Origin: Candidatus Accumulibacter meliphilus
GTDB taxonomy: Bacteria > Pseudomonadota > Gammaproteobacteria > Burkholderiales > Rhodocyclaceae
Reading direction: 5' to 3'
Assembly (NCBI GenBank): GCA_003332265.1
Contig: QPGA01000020.1
Location: 6,485-70,484 of the forward strand
Length of the DNA stretch: 64,000 nucleotides
Shown here in pieces: positions 45,498-57,397 of the stretch (position 1 is its first letter; the number at the start of each line of letters is the position of its first letter). Below the pieces are notes generated by a model that was given only the letters and a program-made list of their open reading frames with translations, did not search any database and was not told the origin of the DNA. Both the position numbers and the translations under genes were made by a program.

Positions 45498-45935
45498 ATG
45501 ACGGACTCACTGCACAGCTACCTTGATGGACCCGAAGGGGCAGGCAAGGTCTTGGCACACGCCAGACTCCTGGCCAGGCTCGCGGGATTATTTCAGGAGA
45601 TCGCGCCGCCACATCTTGGCCAGGCGAGCAGCTTGGCCAATTACAAGTCGGGGATCGTACTTATCCACGCCAGCAGCGGTGCCGTGGCGACCAAGCTGCG
45701 CCAGATGGCGCCAACACTGGTCGATGAATTTTTGCAGCGGGGCGTGGAGTGCCGGGAGCTTCAGGTGAAAGTGCAAGCTCGCACCCGCCCCGCGGCGGCC
45801 CGCGCGGCGCAGCAAAAGCCGCTCAGCGCCAAGACCAGCCAGCGCTTGACGGCATTGAGCGACTCGCTGCCGGCGGCGTCGTCCTTACGCTCTGCACTCG
45901 AACATTTGCTGGCGCACGCCGCTAGAGAGGAATGA
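45498..45935 (+). CDS. DUF721/DciA-like protein
   Basis: 145 aa. ANYKSGIVLIHASSGAVATKLRQMAPTLVDEF matches the core pattern of DUF721 proteins commonly found near lpxC/secA in beta- and gammaproteobacteria. Confidence 0.55.
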   Translation: MTDSLHSYLDGPEGAGKVLAHARLLARLAGLFQEIAPPHLGQASSLANYKSGIVLIHASSGAVATKLRQMAPTLVDEFLQRGVECRELQVKVQARTRPAAARAAQQKPLSAKTSQRLTALSDSLPAASSLRSALEHLLAHAAREE

Positions 45936-46109
45936 CCGCCACGCGTTCGAGGATCAGAAGCGCGAACACCAGCAAGGCGACGATCAGCGCGTAGCGAAAG
46001 AGGCGCCAGGCGAAATGCAGGTAGCGCGCGTCCCGGGTAAACAGAAAGATCAGCACCCCGCCGGCGACGGTAATCACCGTCAGGACCGCCAGCAGGCGCA
46101 GCAACCACA
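45922..46109 (-). CDS. possible small two-TM membrane protein (62 aa) just downstream of lpxC
   Basis: GTG 46109 lies 5 nt after the lpxC stop. The product has two hydrophobic helices (LLRLLAVLTVITVAGGVLIFLF; YALIVALLVFALLILE). There is no homology support. Confidence 0.3.
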
Positions 46110-46114
46110 CCTGC

Positions 46115-47044
46115 TCAGAACGCCGGCAAGGCCAGCCAGCGAGAAAGCGACTGCGGAGCCAGATCAGCGTCTTCGAAACTGACGTATTCCCAGGCATCCG
46201 GAGTGGCCAGCAATTGCCGAGCCAGCGCGTTGTTCAGTGCGTGCCCTGACTTGTGGGCGACGAATGACGCCAATAGCGGCTGTCCGAGCAGGTACAGATC
46301 GCCGATGGCGTCGAGAACCTTGTGCTTCACGAACTCGTCGCTGTAGCGCAAACCATCAGCATTCAGGACGCGGTATTCATCGAGCACGACAGCGTTTTCC
46401 AGCCCGCCGCCTTGCGCCAGACCGTTCTCGCGCAACCACTCCACCTCCTGCATGAAACCGAAGGTTCGCGCTCGCGCGACTTCGCGGGCGTAGGAGTTGT
46501 CGGCGAAATCAATGCACACCGACTGCCCGGTGCGGTCGATCGCCGGATGATTGAAACCAATCGAGAAAGTCAGTCGAAAGCCTTCATAAGGCTCGAAACG
46601 CGCCCACTTATCACCGGACTGGTCGCTGTCGCGGACTTCAATCGGACGCCTGACGCGAATGAATTTCTTGGCCACGGCCTGCTCTTCGATCCCCGCCGAC
46701 TGAATCAGGAAAACAAACGGTGAGGCCGAACCGTCAAGAATCGGGACTTCGGCGGCATCCAGATCGACAAAGGCGTTGTCGATGCCGAGACCGGCGAATG
46801 CCGACATCAGGTGTTCGATGGTGCCCACCTTGGCGCCGTCGACTTCCAGGCAGGAACACATGCGCGTGTCGCCGACGAGCAGGGCCGAGGCCGGCAGGTC
46901 AACGACCGGGTCGAGATCGAGACGTCGAAAAATGATGCCTGTCGCGGGCGCAGCCGGCCGCAGGCTCATATTTACCTTGACGCCCGAATGGAGTCCGACA
47001 CCAGCGGCGCGGACCACGGACTTGAGTGTTCGCTGCTTTAGCAT
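46115..47044 (-). CDS. lpxC: UDP-3-O-acyl-N-acetylglucosamine deacetylase
   Basis: [24 protein letters not shown]..., HKSGHALNN. 309 aa from ATG 47044. Confidence 0.95.
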   Translation of the reverse strand: MLKQRTLKSVVRAAGVGLHSGVKVNMSLRPAAPATGIIFRRLDLDPVVDLPASALLVGDTRMCSCLEVDGAKVGTIEHLMSAFAGLGIDNAFVDLDAAEVPILDGSASPFVFLIQSAGIEEQAVAKKFIRVRRPIEVRDSDQSGDKWARFEPYEGFRLTFSIGFNHPAIDRTGQSVCIDFADNSYAREVARARTFGFMQEVEWLRENGLAQGGGLENAVVLDEYRVLNADGLRYSDEFVKHKVLDAIGDLYLLGQPLLASFVAHKSGHALNNALARQLLATPDAWEYVSFEDADLAPQSLSRWLALPAF

Positions 47045-47140
47045 GTGCTTGAAAAACCGGTGGAACCGGCGCATTTTAACACAGTCGGAACTGTCCTGAA
47101 ACGCGCCGATCCGGGCAGAGGAGTTAGTGCATGACTGGCT

Positions 47141-48316
47141 TCAGTCGGCCTGCTTTCTGAGAAAGGCAGGAATATCCCAACGATCCACACCGCTGTTGGC
47201 CAAGGCTTCGACCGTCGCGCTACGCCCTTTGCGAAACACCGCCGGGGTCTGGTCCAGGCTCGAATAGTCGACACTCTGCCCGTTCGCGTAACGGCCGTCG
47301 GTACCGGTCGCCAGGGTCACCGAGCTGTTGATCACTTCAAAGCTCTGCCTTTTCGCCTGTGCCTGACCCAGGCCGGTGGCCACCACCGTCACGCGGATCT
47401 CGTCATCAATACTTTCGTCATAGACCGCACCGAAGATGATGTGCGCGTCGTCGGCGGCGAAAGCGCGAACAGTGTTCATAACTTCGTTGACTTCCTTCAT
47501 CTTCAGCGAACGCGTGGCCGTGATATTGACCAGCACACCCTTGGCGCCCGAGAGATTGACCCCCTCAAGCAAAGGCGAAGCGACCGCTCTTTCGGCAGCA
47601 ATCCGCGCCCGGTCGACACCGGCGGCGCTGGCCGAACCCATCATCGCCATGCCCATTTCGCCCATCACCGTGCGCACATCCTCGAAGTCGACGTTGACCA
47701 GACCCGGGAAATTGATGATTTCGGCGATGCCGCCAACCGCGTTGCGCAAGACATTGTCGGCCGCCTTGAAGGCATCGTCCATGGAAACGTCGTCGCCGAG
47801 AACGTCCATCAAACGGTCATTGAGAATGACAATCAGCGAATCGACGTGCTTCTGCAGCTCGGCGATACCGGCTTCAGCGATCTTCAGACGCTTTCCTTCG
47901 AAGCCGAAAGGCTTGGTGACGACGGCGACGGTGAGGACGCCGAGTTCGCGTGCCACCTCGGCGACGATCGGTGCGGCGCCGGTACCTGTGCCGCCCCCCA
48001 TGCCGGCGGTGATGAAGACCATATGCGCGCCGGCCAGCGATGCGGCGATGGCTTCGCGTTCTTCCTCGGCAGCACTGCGCCCGGCGTCCGGTTTGGCGCC
48101 CGCGCCAAGACCGGTCTTGCCCAGTTGCAGGCGCTGCACGGCAATGCTGCGGTTGAGCGCCTGCGAGTCGGTATTGGCGGCGATGAAGTCGACGCCGTTG
48201 ACGCCTTCGCGGATCATGTGATCGACGGCGTTGCCACCAGCACCGCCGATACCGATGACCTTGATCACCGTGTCTCGTTCGCCACCCAGTTCTTCCTTGT
48301 CGATGATTTCAAACAT
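47141..48316 (-). CDS. ftsZ: cell division GTPase FtsZ
   Basis: GIGGAGGNAV, GGGTGTGAAP tubulin signature, C-terminal DIPAFLRKQAD. Confidence 0.97.
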   Translation of the reverse strand: MFEIIDKEELGGERDTVIKVIGIGGAGGNAVDHMIREGVNGVDFIAANTDSQALNRSIAVQRLQLGKTGLGAGAKPDAGRSAAEEEREAIAASLAGAHMVFITAGMGGGTGTGAAPIVAEVARELGVLTVAVVTKPFGFEGKRLKIAEAGIAELQKHVDSLIVILNDRLMDVLGDDVSMDDAFKAADNVLRNAVGGIAEIINFPGLVNVDFEDVRTVMGEMGMAMMGSASAAGVDRARIAAERAVASPLLEGVNLSGAKGVLVNITATRSLKMKEVNEVMNTVRAFAADDAHIIFGAVYDESIDDEIRVTVVATGLGQAQAKRQSFEVINSSVTLATGTDGRYANGQSVDYSSLDQTPAVFRKGRSATVEALANSGVDRWDIPAFLRKQAD

Positions 48317-48390
48317 TGTCGTCTCCTCTGCAAAAAGCCTATTTTTACTGCTGAAAGTTGCTAATGGCCTGACACCGGACAGTACGCGGG

Positions 48391-49620
48391 TCAGAAGTTC
48401 TTTTCAAACCACGAGCGCATGCGCCCGAAAACCTGTTTCACGTCTCTCGTTTCACGCACCTTCAAACCGCGCTTGCGCTGCGTCTGCGCCTCGAGCAAAA
48501 GGCCGCAAGCGGTCGCAAAGCGCGGACTCTGGACGACGTCGGCGAGTGCTCCCTGGTACTTTGGGATGCCCAGGCGGACGGGCATGTGAAAAATCTCCTC
48601 GCCGAGCTCGATCATGCCCGGCATCACCGAGGCGCCGCCGGTGAGCACGATGCCTGATGACAGCACGTCCTCGAACCCTGAACGACGAAGCTCGGCCTGG
48701 ATCAGTTCGAAGAGCTCCTCGACACGCGGCTGGATGACATCCGCCAGGGCGCGACGGGAAAGCTTGCGCGAAGGACGGTCGTCGACACCAACAACGTCGA
48801 TCGTATCTTCCGGGTCGGCGAGGTCTGCCAGAGCACAGCCGAAGCGACGCTTGATGTCTTCAGCCTCGCGCGTCGGCGTGCGCAAGGCCATGGCGATGTC
48901 GTTGGTCACCTGGTCGCCGGCAATCGGGATCACCGACGTATGACGGATCGCACCCTGCGTCCAGACCGCCAGATCGGTCGTGCCACCGCCGATGTCGATC
49001 AGGCAGATGCCGAGGTCCTTTTCATCCTCCGAGAGCACGGCGCAACTCGAAGCCAGCGGCTGCAGCACCAGATCGTTGACTTCCAGACCACAGCGACGCA
49101 CGCACTTGATAATGTTCTGAGCCGCCGATACCGCTCCGGTAACGATGTGCACCTTGACCTCGAGGCGAAACCCGCTCATGCCGATCGGCTCGCGGATACC
49201 ATCCTGGTCGTCGATAATGAACTCCTGCGTCAGGATGTGGAGGATTTCCTGATCGGCCGGAATCGGCATCGCACGCGCCGTTTCGATGACCCGCTCGACA
49301 TCCATCGGCGTCACTTCGCGGTCCTTGATGGCCACCATTCCATTCGAATTGAAGCTGCGGATGTGGCTGCCGGCGATCCCCGTATAAACGTCGCGCACCT
49401 TGCAATCGGCCATCAGTTCGACCTCCTGCAGGACGCGCGAAATGGTCGCCACGGTTTCCTCGATGTTGACCACCACCCCCTTCTTGAGCCCTCGCGATTC
49501 CTGCTGGCCCATGCCGATCACGTTCACCCGCCCTTCCGGAGTGAGTTCGGCGACCAGCGCCACGATCTTCGAGGTGCCGATGTCGAGACCGACGATCAGA
49601 TCTTTGCTGTCCCTGCTCAT
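48391..49620 (-). CDS. ftsA: cell division protein FtsA
   Basis: Actin-like ATPase (VGLDIGTSKIVALV, DIGGGTTD). 409 aa. Confidence 0.95.
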   Translation of the reverse strand: MSRDSKDLIVGLDIGTSKIVALVAELTPEGRVNVIGMGQQESRGLKKGVVVNIEETVATISRVLQEVELMADCKVRDVYTGIAGSHIRSFNSNGMVAIKDREVTPMDVERVIETARAMPIPADQEILHILTQEFIIDDQDGIREPIGMSGFRLEVKVHIVTGAVSAAQNIIKCVRRCGLEVNDLVLQPLASSCAVLSEDEKDLGICLIDIGGGTTDLAVWTQGAIRHTSVIPIAGDQVTNDIAMALRTPTREAEDIKRRFGCALADLADPEDTIDVVGVDDRPSRKLSRRALADVIQPRVEELFELIQAELRRSGFEDVLSSGIVLTGGASVMPGMIELGEEIFHMPVRLGIPKYQGALADVVQSPRFATACGLLLEAQTQRKRGLKVRETRDVKQVFGRMRSWFEKNF

Positions 49621-50369
49621 TTCTTTCCTTTGACTTCGTGACCCGCAGTGGCCGGAAGGCGCAATGCGAAGCCGTTGGGATACCGCATGTCCACCGCCAA
49701 CGGCCGCCCGTGGCGGGTTTCCGACAGGGTCGGGTAGTAGTCGACAAAACGCTGCAGACGCATCCGGATTGGTGCCTTCGCCTGCTCGCGACCGAGCTCA
49801 ACCAACATCCCGTCCTCCAGTGCCAGCGCCCAGGCCAGACGTGGCGACAAAGCCACTTGTACCGGTTGCTGACCGATCGGCTGCAGGAGCCGGGCAAACT
49901 CCTCGTGGCGGCGCAGCACGTCGCCCGCCGACCCGCTTGGCCCGAAGAACCGCGGCAGACGCTGCTCGTCGGGCAAAGTGGCGGGAAAAACCTCGCCGAA
50001 AGTATTGACCAGCTCGCCACTCCCCTCGCCCCAGTGCGCAACGGCCTGATGTTCCTCGATACGAACATCGATACGCGCCGGCCATTTCCGCCACACCTCG
50101 GCTCGCCGCACCCAGGGCAATTGCTCGAGCGCCAGCCGCAGAGCTTCCAGATTGACGGTGAAGAAACTGCCGTGCAGCAGAGACTCGACTGACTCCTCCA
50201 GTTCGCTGCGCTGAACCGACTGCAACTCGTGCATCACCTGCAACTCGTTGAGTGGAATCAGCCGCATCCGCGGCGCACCCCAGATCACCGCCGCAACCAG
50301 CAAGGCGGCGCCGGCTGCCAGCAAGAGCAGGTCGGCAAGGGCAGTCATCAATTGCGGTTTGTGCCACAT
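49617..50369 (-). CDS. ftsQ: cell division protein FtsQ
   Basis: Single N-terminal TM segment plus POTRA/FtsQ domain. Position between ddl and ftsA. Confidence 0.9.
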   Translation of the reverse strand: MWHKPQLMTALADLLLLAAGAALLVAAVIWGAPRMRLIPLNELQVMHELQSVQRSELEESVESLLHGSFFTVNLEALRLALEQLPWVRRAEVWRKWPARIDVRIEEHQAVAHWGEGSGELVNTFGEVFPATLPDEQRLPRFFGPSGSAGDVLRRHEEFARLLQPIGQQPVQVALSPRLAWALALEDGMLVELGREQAKAPIRMRLQRFVDYYPTLSETRHGRPLAVDMRYPNGFALRLPATAGHEVKGKK

Positions 50370-50372
50370 CGC

Positions 50373-51308
50373 TCATCCCAGGGCGGCTAGTGCAAGAACG
50401 CGAAGCACCAGTTCGTCGTAAGAAATCCCGGCCGCGCGCGCTGCCATCGGCACCAGCGAGTGATCGGTCATTCCGGGCGAGGTGTTAACTTCGAGAAAGT
50501 AGGCCTTGCGGGTCCCGTCTGCGGTCGCCGCATCCATCAGAAAGTCGACCCGTCCCCAGCCGCGGCCACCAAGAATGCGAAAGGCATGCAAGGCCTGGGC
50601 GCCAAGCGCTCGCTGCAGACTTTCCGGCAGATCGCAAGGACAGCGGTAAGCGGTGTCGTCGCGCAGATACTTGGCCTCGTAGTCGTAGAACTCGGCACTC
50701 GGCTCGATCTTGATGATCGGCAGCGCCTGCTCGCCAAGAATGGCGACGGTGTACTCGCCGCCAAGAATGGCACGTTCGGCGATTACCAGCGAATCGTGCC
50801 GCGCTGCTTCGGCATGCGCCGCGGCCAGCTCGCCCGCTTGCCTGACCTTGCTGATACCGATCGACGAACCCTCGCAGGCCGGCTTGACGAACAGCGGCAA
50901 ACCCAGCGAGACTTCGACGGCGGCGTAATCGCTATCCGCTGCCAACATCACGTAGTCGGGAATCGGCACGCCAGCAGCTTGCCAAAGCATTTTGCTGCGC
51001 CACTTGTCCATACCGATCGCCGACGCCATCACGCCGCTGCCGGTGTAGGGAATTCCCATCAATTCGAGAACCCCCTGGATCGTGCCGTCTTCGCCATAGC
51101 GTCCATGCAGGGCAATGAAAGCGCGGTCGAAGGCGGCCAGATCGTCGAGTGGGCGCGTGGCCGGATCGAAAGCCTGCGCATCGACCCCTTGCCGGCACAA
51201 GGCCGCAAGGACGCGCGAACCGCTGTTCAAGGAGACTTCTCGCTCGGCCGAGCGGCCGCCGAAGAGAACGGCCACTTTACCGAAATTTTGAGCGTTCAGA
51301 GTTGTCAT
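50373..51308 (-). CDS. ddl: D-alanine--D-alanine ligase
   Basis: [23 protein letters not shown]-grasp motifs, EVNTSPGMT. Start at ATG 51308, 1 nt after the murC stop. Confidence 0.95.
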   Translation of the reverse strand: MTTLNAQNFGKVAVLFGGRSAEREVSLNSGSRVLAALCRQGVDAQAFDPATRPLDDLAAFDRAFIALHGRYGEDGTIQGVLELMGIPYTGSGVMASAIGMDKWRSKMLWQAAGVPIPDYVMLAADSDYAAVEVSLGLPLFVKPACEGSSIGISKVRQAGELAAAHAEAARHDSLVIAERAILGGEYTVAILGEQALPIIKIEPSAEFYDYEAKYLRDDTAYRCPCDLPESLQRALGAQALHAFRILGGRGWGRVDFLMDAATADGTRKAYFLEVNTSPGMTDHSLVPMAARAAGISYDELVLRVLALAALG

Positions 51309-51309
51309 C

Positions 51310-52698
51310 CTAGCCACCCACCAGCTTGCCGGCGACGCCGCCAATCGAACCAGCGCCCATGGTCATCACCACGTCGCCATCGCGAGCGGCGTCGAGAATC
51401 GCCTTCGGCAGCTCGCCGACCTGGTCGACGAAGACCGGTTCGAGCTTACCCCCGACACGCAGGGCGCGCGCCAGCGCGCGACCATCGGCAGCGACAATCG
51501 CCTGTTCGCCGGCGGCATAGACCTCGCTCAACAGCAGCGCGTCGACGCTGCTCAGTACGCTCACAAAATCCTCGAAGCAGTCGCGCGTGCGGGTGTAGCG
51601 ATGTGGCTGAAAAGCCAGCAGCAGTCGGCGACCAGGGAAGGCACCGCGAGCGGCGGCGATCGTTGCCCGCATCTCGACCGGGTGATGACCGTAGTCATCG
51701 ACCAGGCTGAAGGAGCCGCCACCAGGCAAGCTGACCTCGCCGTAACGCTGGAAGCGGCGATCAACCCCGGTAAAGTCGGTCAGCGCCTTGACGATCGCCT
51801 GGTCGGCAATACCCAGCTCGCTGGCCACCGCAATCGCCGCCAGGGCGTTGAGGACGTTATGCCGGCCCGGTAGATTGACGGTCACTGGAAAACGGCTGAT
51901 GTTGCCATTGACGCGAACGCAATCGAAGTGCATCTGGCCGTTATCGGCGACGACATTCTCAGCGTACACGTTGGCTGACGAGTCGAGACCGTAGGTAACG
52001 ATCTGCTTGCTCACCAAAGGCATGATTTCGCGGACATTGGCATCATCGGCGCAGAGCACGGCAACGCCGTAAAACGGTAGGCGCTGCAGGAAATCGACGA
52101 AGGCCTGCTTCAGGCGATTGAAGTCGTGGCCATAGGTTTCCATGTGATCGGCGTCGATATTGGTGACGATCGAAATCACCGGCGAAAGAAACAGGAATGA
52201 GGCGTCGGACTCGTCGGCTTCGGCCACCAGGAACTCGCCGGAGCCGAGGCGGGCGTTGGCGCCGGCGGCGTTGAGGCGGCCACCAATGACGAAAGTGGGG
52301 TCCATGCCGCCTTCGGCCAGGATCGACGCCGTCAGGCTGGTGGTGGTTGTCTTGCCGTGTGTTCCGGCAACGGCGATTCCCTGCTTCAGGCGCATCAACT
52401 CGGCGAGCATCTGCGCCCGCGGTACGACGGGCACCTTGCGTTGCCGTGCCGCAATGACCTCCGGATTATCCTCCTTCACCGCCGACGACACGACGACCGC
52501 GTCGGCGCCATTGACGTTCTCGGCAGCGTGGCCAAGCACGGTACGCACGCCGAGTCCGGACAGCCGCCGGGTGACCGAGTTTTCGGCGAGATCGGAGCCG
52601 CTGATCGCAAAACCGAGATTGGCCAGCACTTCGGCAATGCCGCTCATACCGGCGCCGCCGATGCCGACAAAATGAATACTCTTGACTTTATGCTTCAC
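51310..52698 (-). CDS. murC: UDP-N-acetylmuramate--L-alanine ligase
   Basis: (M)[24 protein letters not shown]. Start taken at GTG 52698, overlapping the murG stop (GTGA). The ORF is open to GTG 52716. Confidence 0.93.
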   Translation of the reverse strand: MKHKVKSIHFVGIGGAGMSGIAEVLANLGFAISGSDLAENSVTRRLSGLGVRTVLGHAAENVNGADAVVVSSAVKEDNPEVIAARQRKVPVVPRAQMLAELMRLKQGIAVAGTHGKTTTTSLTASILAEGGMDPTFVIGGRLNAAGANARLGSGEFLVAEADESDASFLFLSPVISIVTNIDADHMETYGHDFNRLKQAFVDFLQRLPFYGVAVLCADDANVREIMPLVSKQIVTYGLDSSANVYAENVVADNGQMHFDCVRVNGNISRFPVTVNLPGRHNVLNALAAIAVASELGIADQAIVKALTDFTGVDRRFQRYGEVSLPGGGSFSLVDDYGHHPVEMRATIAAARGAFPGRRLLLAFQPHRYTRTRDCFEDFVSVLSSVDALLLSEVYAAGEQAIVAADGRALARALRVGGKLEPVFVDQVGELPKAILDAARDGDVVMTMGAGSIGGVAGKLVGG

Positions 52699-53783
52699 TG
52701 AACCAGTTCCTCGCACATGCGTGCAACGTCTGCGGTCGCCTCTGGCTTGGCCAGTTGACGCGCCTTCGCGGCCATTTGCTCGAGCTGAGCAGGGGCGTAT
52801 TTACGCAGCAGGCTGATGGCTTCCGGCGTCAATTCGCTCTGCGGTAGCAGCATGGCGGCGCCAGCCAGCGACAGAAAGCGGGCGTTGGCAGTCTGGTGGT
52901 CGTCGACCGCATGCGGAAACGGCACCAGAACGCTCGCCACGCCGCTTGCTGCCAGCTCGGCAACGGTTAGTGCGCCGGCCCGACAAAGCACCAGGTCAGC
53001 CCATTGGTAGGCAGCGGCCATGTCTTCGATGAAAGCCGCACAGGTGGCCTGCACTCCGGCGAGGCGGTAATTCTCCTGCAGTTGCGCGAGATGTTTCTCG
53101 CCGGCCTGATGAAGCACTTCGGGCCGCACCGCAGCGTCGATCAGGGCCAGGCCCTTGGGAACGATTTCGTTAAGTGCGGCAGCCCCCAGACTGCCACCGA
53201 GGACCAGCAGGTGCAGAGGCGACTGGCGGCCGGCGAGGCGCACTGCCGGCGCTGGCCCAGCGCTCATTTCCGCACGCAAGGGGTTGCCGACCCAGACTCC
53301 CTTCGGCAAGACATCCGGAAAGCCGCAGGCCACCCGGTCGGCGAACCTGGCGAGCACCCTGTTGGCCAGACCAGCGACCGAGTTCTGCTCGTGAATCACC
53401 AGCGGATAGCGCAACAGGGCCGCCATCAGGCCGCCTGGGAAGCTGATGTAACCGCCCATCCCGAGGACGACGTCGGGCTGCACGCGGCGAAGTTCGCGCT
53501 GCGCCTGCCAGCACGCCGAGAAGAGGTGAAAGGGAAGCAGTAACTTGCGCAACAGGCCCTTGCCACGCAGAGCGGCAAAACGGACCCAGGCCATTTCGTA
53601 ACCACGCGCGGGCACCAGCTTGGCTTCCATGCTCTCCGGGGCGCCCATCCAGACCACTTTCCAGTTGCGGCTGCTGAGCAGGTCGGCCACCGCCAGCCCC
53701 GGGAAGACGTGCCCTCCCGTACCTCCGGCCATGACCAGCAGGGTCTTGTTGGTCGCCGCAGCATGCACAGCCGGCGCGCTCAT
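52695..53783 (-). CDS. murG: undecaprenyldiphospho-muramoylpentapeptide beta-N-acetylglucosaminyltransferase
   Basis: [19 protein letters not shown]. Start at ATG 53783, overlapping the ftsW stop (ATGA). Confidence 0.95.
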   Translation of the reverse strand: MSAPAVHAAATNKTLLVMAGGTGGHVFPGLAVADLLSSRNWKVVWMGAPESMEAKLVPARGYEMAWVRFAALRGKGLLRKLLLPFHLFSACWQAQRELRRVQPDVVLGMGGYISFPGGLMAALLRYPLVIHEQNSVAGLANRVLARFADRVACGFPDVLPKGVWVGNPLRAEMSAGPAPAVRLAGRQSPLHLLVLGGSLGAAALNEIVPKGLALIDAAVRPEVLHQAGEKHLAQLQENYRLAGVQATCAAFIEDMAAAYQWADLVLCRAGALTVAELAASGVASVLVPFPHAVDDHQTANARFLSLAGAAMLLPQSELTPEAISLLRKYAPAQLEQMAAKARQLAKPEATADVARMCEELVQ

Positions 53784-54940
53784 ACCTCGGCCCCGCGCAT
53801 CAACTGACGATTCTCCCAATCGATGCGGAGCAGCACCGCCACCGCCACGCAATTGGCCAGGATCCCCGAGCCACCAAAGCTCATCAAAGGCAAGGTCAGG
53901 CCTTTGGTCGGCAGCAGGCCGCAGTTGACTCCCATGTTGATGAAGGCTTGAACACCAATCCAGACGCCGATTCCCTGTGCGACCAGCGCCGAGTACAAAC
54001 GCTCGAGGGCGACCGACTGGCGACCGATGGCGAAAGCGCGTTGAACGAGCAGCCCGAAGAGAACGATGATCACCAGTACGCCGGCGAATCCGAGTTCTTC
54101 GGCGATCACCGCGAGCAGGAAGTCGGTATGCGCTTCGGGCAGGTAGAACAGCTTTTCGACGCTGGCCCCGAGACCGACCCCGAACAGCTCGCCACGGCCG
54201 AAGGCGATCAGCGAGTGCGACAATTGATAGCCACGGCCGAAGGCGTCTGCCCAGGGGTCCATGAATCCGAAAATGCGGTCACGACGGTAAGGCGAGAAAA
54301 TGATCAGCGCCGCAAAAGCCGCGGCCAGGACAATGATCAGGACGACGAACAGGCGCGCCCGCATGCCGCCGAGAAAGAGAATGCTGAAAGCAACCGAGAT
54401 GATCACCACGAAGGCGCCAAAGTCGGGTTCCTTGAGCAGCAGCACGCCAACGGCAACCATGGCGCAAGCCATCGGCAGGAAAGCTTTCTTCAGATCGTGC
54501 ATGTGCGCCATCTTGCGCACCGTGTAGTCGGCCGCGTAGAGAACGGCGCAAAGTTTCATCAACTCCGAAGGCTGCAGGTTGACGATGCCAAGAGGAAGCC
54601 AACGCTGCGCGCCGTTCACTTCGCGGCCCACACCGGGAATCAGGACCAGGGCCAGGAGCAGGCAGCCGCCGACGAAAAGCCACGGGGACCACTTCTGCCA
54701 AGCGATCATCGGCACCTGAAAAGCGATAGCGGCCGCGAGGAGCCCGATGATCAGAAAAACGGCATGGCGAACCAGATAGTAGGCCGGCTGATGGCCTGTC
54801 GCGCGCGCCGCTTCGGCGGTCGCCATCGACGCCGAGTAGACCATCACCATGCCGATCAGCAGCAGGATCAAAGTGCTCCAGAGGAGCGCCAGATCGATCT
54901 CGGAAGGCAGGCGGCGCGGCGTATCGAACGTGCTCAACAT
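53780..54940 (-). CDS. ftsW: peptidoglycan glycosyltransferase FtsW (SEDS family)
   Basis: 386 aa, 10 TM segments, SEDS motifs. Position between murD and murG. Confidence 0.93.
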   Translation of the reverse strand: MLSTFDTPRRLPSEIDLALLWSTLILLLIGMVMVYSASMATAEAARATGHQPAYYLVRHAVFLIIGLLAAAIAFQVPMIAWQKWSPWLFVGGCLLLALVLIPGVGREVNGAQRWLPLGIVNLQPSELMKLCAVLYAADYTVRKMAHMHDLKKAFLPMACAMVAVGVLLLKEPDFGAFVVIISVAFSILFLGGMRARLFVVLIIVLAAAFAALIIFSPYRRDRIFGFMDPWADAFGRGYQLSHSLIAFGRGELFGVGLGASVEKLFYLPEAHTDFLLAVIAEELGFAGVLVIIVLFGLLVQRAFAIGRQSVALERLYSALVAQGIGVWIGVQAFINMGVNCGLLPTKGLTLPLMSFGGSGILANCVAVAVLLRIDWENRQLMRGAEV

Positions 54941-56307
54941 CAGGCAGCCTCACTTTCGAGGCCACGAACGGCGTCAACAAACGCTGCCGCGCGATGGGCG
55001 TAATTGCGGTACATGTCCATGCTGGCACACGCCGGCGAGAGCAGAACGGCGTCACCGCGTTGCGCCTGCGCGGCACACCAGTGAACGGCTTCGGGCATGT
55101 CCAGGCAGCGCCGCAACGGCACCTCGGAGCCGGCCAGCAGCGCAGCGATGAGCGGCGCATCGCGCCCGATCAGGGCGATCGCACGGGCATGCCGGTCAAG
55201 CGCTTGACGGAGCGGCGAAAAGTCCTGCCCTTTGCCATCGCCACCGAGAATGATGGCCAGCTTGCAGCCCAGTCCCTCGATCGCGGCGAGGGTGGCCCCG
55301 ACGTTGGTTCCCTTGGAGTCGTCGAAATAGCGGACTCCCTTGATCTCCGCAATCCGCTCGACGCGGTGCGGCAGACCCGTAAAGGCCGCCAGGGCCGGCA
55401 GTACGGCCTGCGGATCGATGCCAATCGCCGCGCACAAGGCCAGTGCGGCCAGCGCGTTGGCCGCGTTGTGACGGCCTACGAGCTGCAACGCCTTGAGCGC
55501 GATCAGTTTCTCCTCACCACGCACCAGGCAGTCGTCGACGAGTCCGTAATCGCTGGCCTGCGCCGGGGCACCGAGGCCAAAGCTGACGCAGCGACGGTCG
55601 CTGCGTGCGGCCGCCAGACTGCGCGGATCATCGCGATTGACGACCATCACGCCGCGCCCCTGAAAGACACGCGCCTTGGCAGCGCTATAGTCGTCAAGGC
55701 CAGTGTAGCGGTCGAGGTGGTCTTCGCTGATATTGAGCACGGTCGCCGCATCGGCGGCCAGAGTGTGCGTCGTTTCGAGCTGAAAGCTCGACAGTTCGAG
55801 GACCCAGACCGCCGGCAAGTCGTCGCCATCGATCGCGGTCATCAAGGCATCGAGAGCCGCCGGGCCGATATTGCCGGCGACGGTGGTACGCCGGCCTGCG
55901 GCCCGGCACAGGGCACCGACCAGGGCAGTGGTTGTCGTCTTGCCATTGCTACCGGTGATGGCGATCAGCGCAGCTTGCGGAGTCAGGCGGCGCACCGCCC
56001 AGGCAAAGAGCTCGATTTCGGAGACCAGCGGAATGGCGTGCGCAACGGCGTCCTGAAGCAGCGGCTCCTGTACCGGGACGCCAGGGGAAATGGCGATCAG
56101 TTCGACACCCGCGAAGGCCGCAGCCGAGAACGGTCCGGCGAAGAGGACCGCTGCGGGCACGGCGGCGCGTAGCGCTTCGGCCTGCGGCGGCGCGCTACGG
56201 CTGTCGGCGACACGCACGCGTGCGCCCTGCCGGTCCAGCCAGCGGGCCATCGCCAAGCCGCTTTCGCCGAGGCCGAGGACGAGCACCAATTTCCCCTGTA
56301 GTTCCAT
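54940..56307 (-). CDS. murD: UDP-N-acetylmuramoylalanine--D-glutamate ligase
   Basis: [27 protein letters not shown]. 455 aa. Confidence 0.95.
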   Translation of the reverse strand: MELQGKLVLVLGLGESGLAMARWLDRQGARVRVADSRSAPPQAEALRAAVPAAVLFAGPFSAAAFAGVELIAISPGVPVQEPLLQDAVAHAIPLVSEIELFAWAVRRLTPQAALIAITGSNGKTTTTALVGALCRAAGRRTTVAGNIGPAALDALMTAIDGDDLPAVWVLELSSFQLETTHTLAADAATVLNISEDHLDRYTGLDDYSAAKARVFQGRGVMVVNRDDPRSLAAARSDRRCVSFGLGAPAQASDYGLVDDCLVRGEEKLIALKALQLVGRHNAANALAALALCAAIGIDPQAVLPALAAFTGLPHRVERIAEIKGVRYFDDSKGTNVGATLAAIEGLGCKLAIILGGDGKGQDFSPLRQALDRHARAIALIGRDAPLIAALLAGSEVPLRRCLDMPEAVHWCAAQAQRGDAVLLSPACASMDMYRNYAHRAAAFVDAVRGLESEAA

Positions 56308-56308
56308 C

Positions 56309-57397
56309 TCAGCGCAGCTTCAGGCTGGACAAGCCGATCAACACCAACATGATGGTGATGATCCAGAAACGCACGACGACCTGTGTTTCTTTCCAGCCAC
56401 CGAGCTCGAAATGGTGATGCAGCGGTGCCATGCGGAAGATCCGTCGGCCACCGCTTAGCTTGTAGTAAATGACCTGTGCGGCCACCGACAGGGTTTCGGC
56501 GACGAAGACGCCGCCCATGATCGCCAGCACGATTTCCTGGCGGACGACGATCGCCACGGTGCCCAGGGCTGCGCCAAGTGCCAGCGCGCCGACGTCGCCC
56601 ATGAACACTTCAGCCGGGTAGGCGTTGAACCACAGAAAGCCAAGCCCGGCACCGACCATGGCGCCGAGAAAAATGGCCAGTTCACCAGCACCCGGAACAT
56701 AGGGCAGCAAAAGATAGCGGGCATAGACCGAGTTTCCGGCCACGTAGGCGAAAATGGCCAGGGCCGCAGCAATCATTACCGCCGGCATGATCGCCAGGCC
56801 GTCGAGACCATCGGTGAGGTTCACGGCATTGCTGGTACCGACGACGACCAGGTAGCTGAGGACGATGAAGCCGATGATTCCCAGCGGATAGGCCACCGTC
56901 TTGAAGAATGGCACGATCAGCTGCAGCTGTTCCGGACCGCTGGCGCTGAGGCCAAGGTAAAGCGCTACCAGCAAGCCAAGCGCCGATTGCCAGAAGTACT
57001 TCCAGCGGGAAGCCAGCCCGCGCGGATCGCGGTTGACCACTTTTTGCCAGTCGTCGTACCAGCCGATGCCGGCGAAGCCGACGGTGACGATCAGCACCAC
57101 CCACACGTAGCGATTGCTGAGGTCACTCCAGAGCAAGGTCGTAAAACAGACCGCAACGACGATCAGCGCCCCCCCCATGGTCGGTGTTCCCGACTTCACG
57201 AGGTGAGTCTGCGGACCGTCCTGGCGCACCGCCTGACCAATTTTCTTGGCTGCCAACCAGCGGATCAATGACGGCCCGGCCAGGAAGGAAATGATCAAGG
57301 CCGTCATCGCCGCGAGGACGGCGCGCAGGGTGATGTAACCGAAGACGTTGAAAGCGCGCACATCCTGCGCCAGCCATTGGGCGAGTAGCAGCAGCAT
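56309..57397 (-). CDS. mraY: phospho-N-acetylmuramoyl-pentapeptide-transferase
   Basis: 362 aa. Kx[25 protein letters not shown] motifs. Confidence 0.95.
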   Translation of the reverse strand: MLLLLAQWLAQDVRAFNVFGYITLRAVLAAMTALIISFLAGPSLIRWLAAKKIGQAVRQDGPQTHLVKSGTPTMGGALIVVAVCFTTLLWSDLSNRYVWVVLIVTVGFAGIGWYDDWQKVVNRDPRGLASRWKYFWQSALGLLVALYLGLSASGPEQLQLIVPFFKTVAYPLGIIGFIVLSYLVVVGTSNAVNLTDGLDGLAIMPAVMIAAALAIFAYVAGNSVYARYLLLPYVPGAGELAIFLGAMVGAGLGFLWFNAYPAEVFMGDVGALALGAALGTVAIVVRQEIVLAIMGGVFVAETLSVAAQVIYYKLSGGRRIFRMAPLHHHFELGGWKETQVVVRFWIITIMLVLIGLSSLKLR

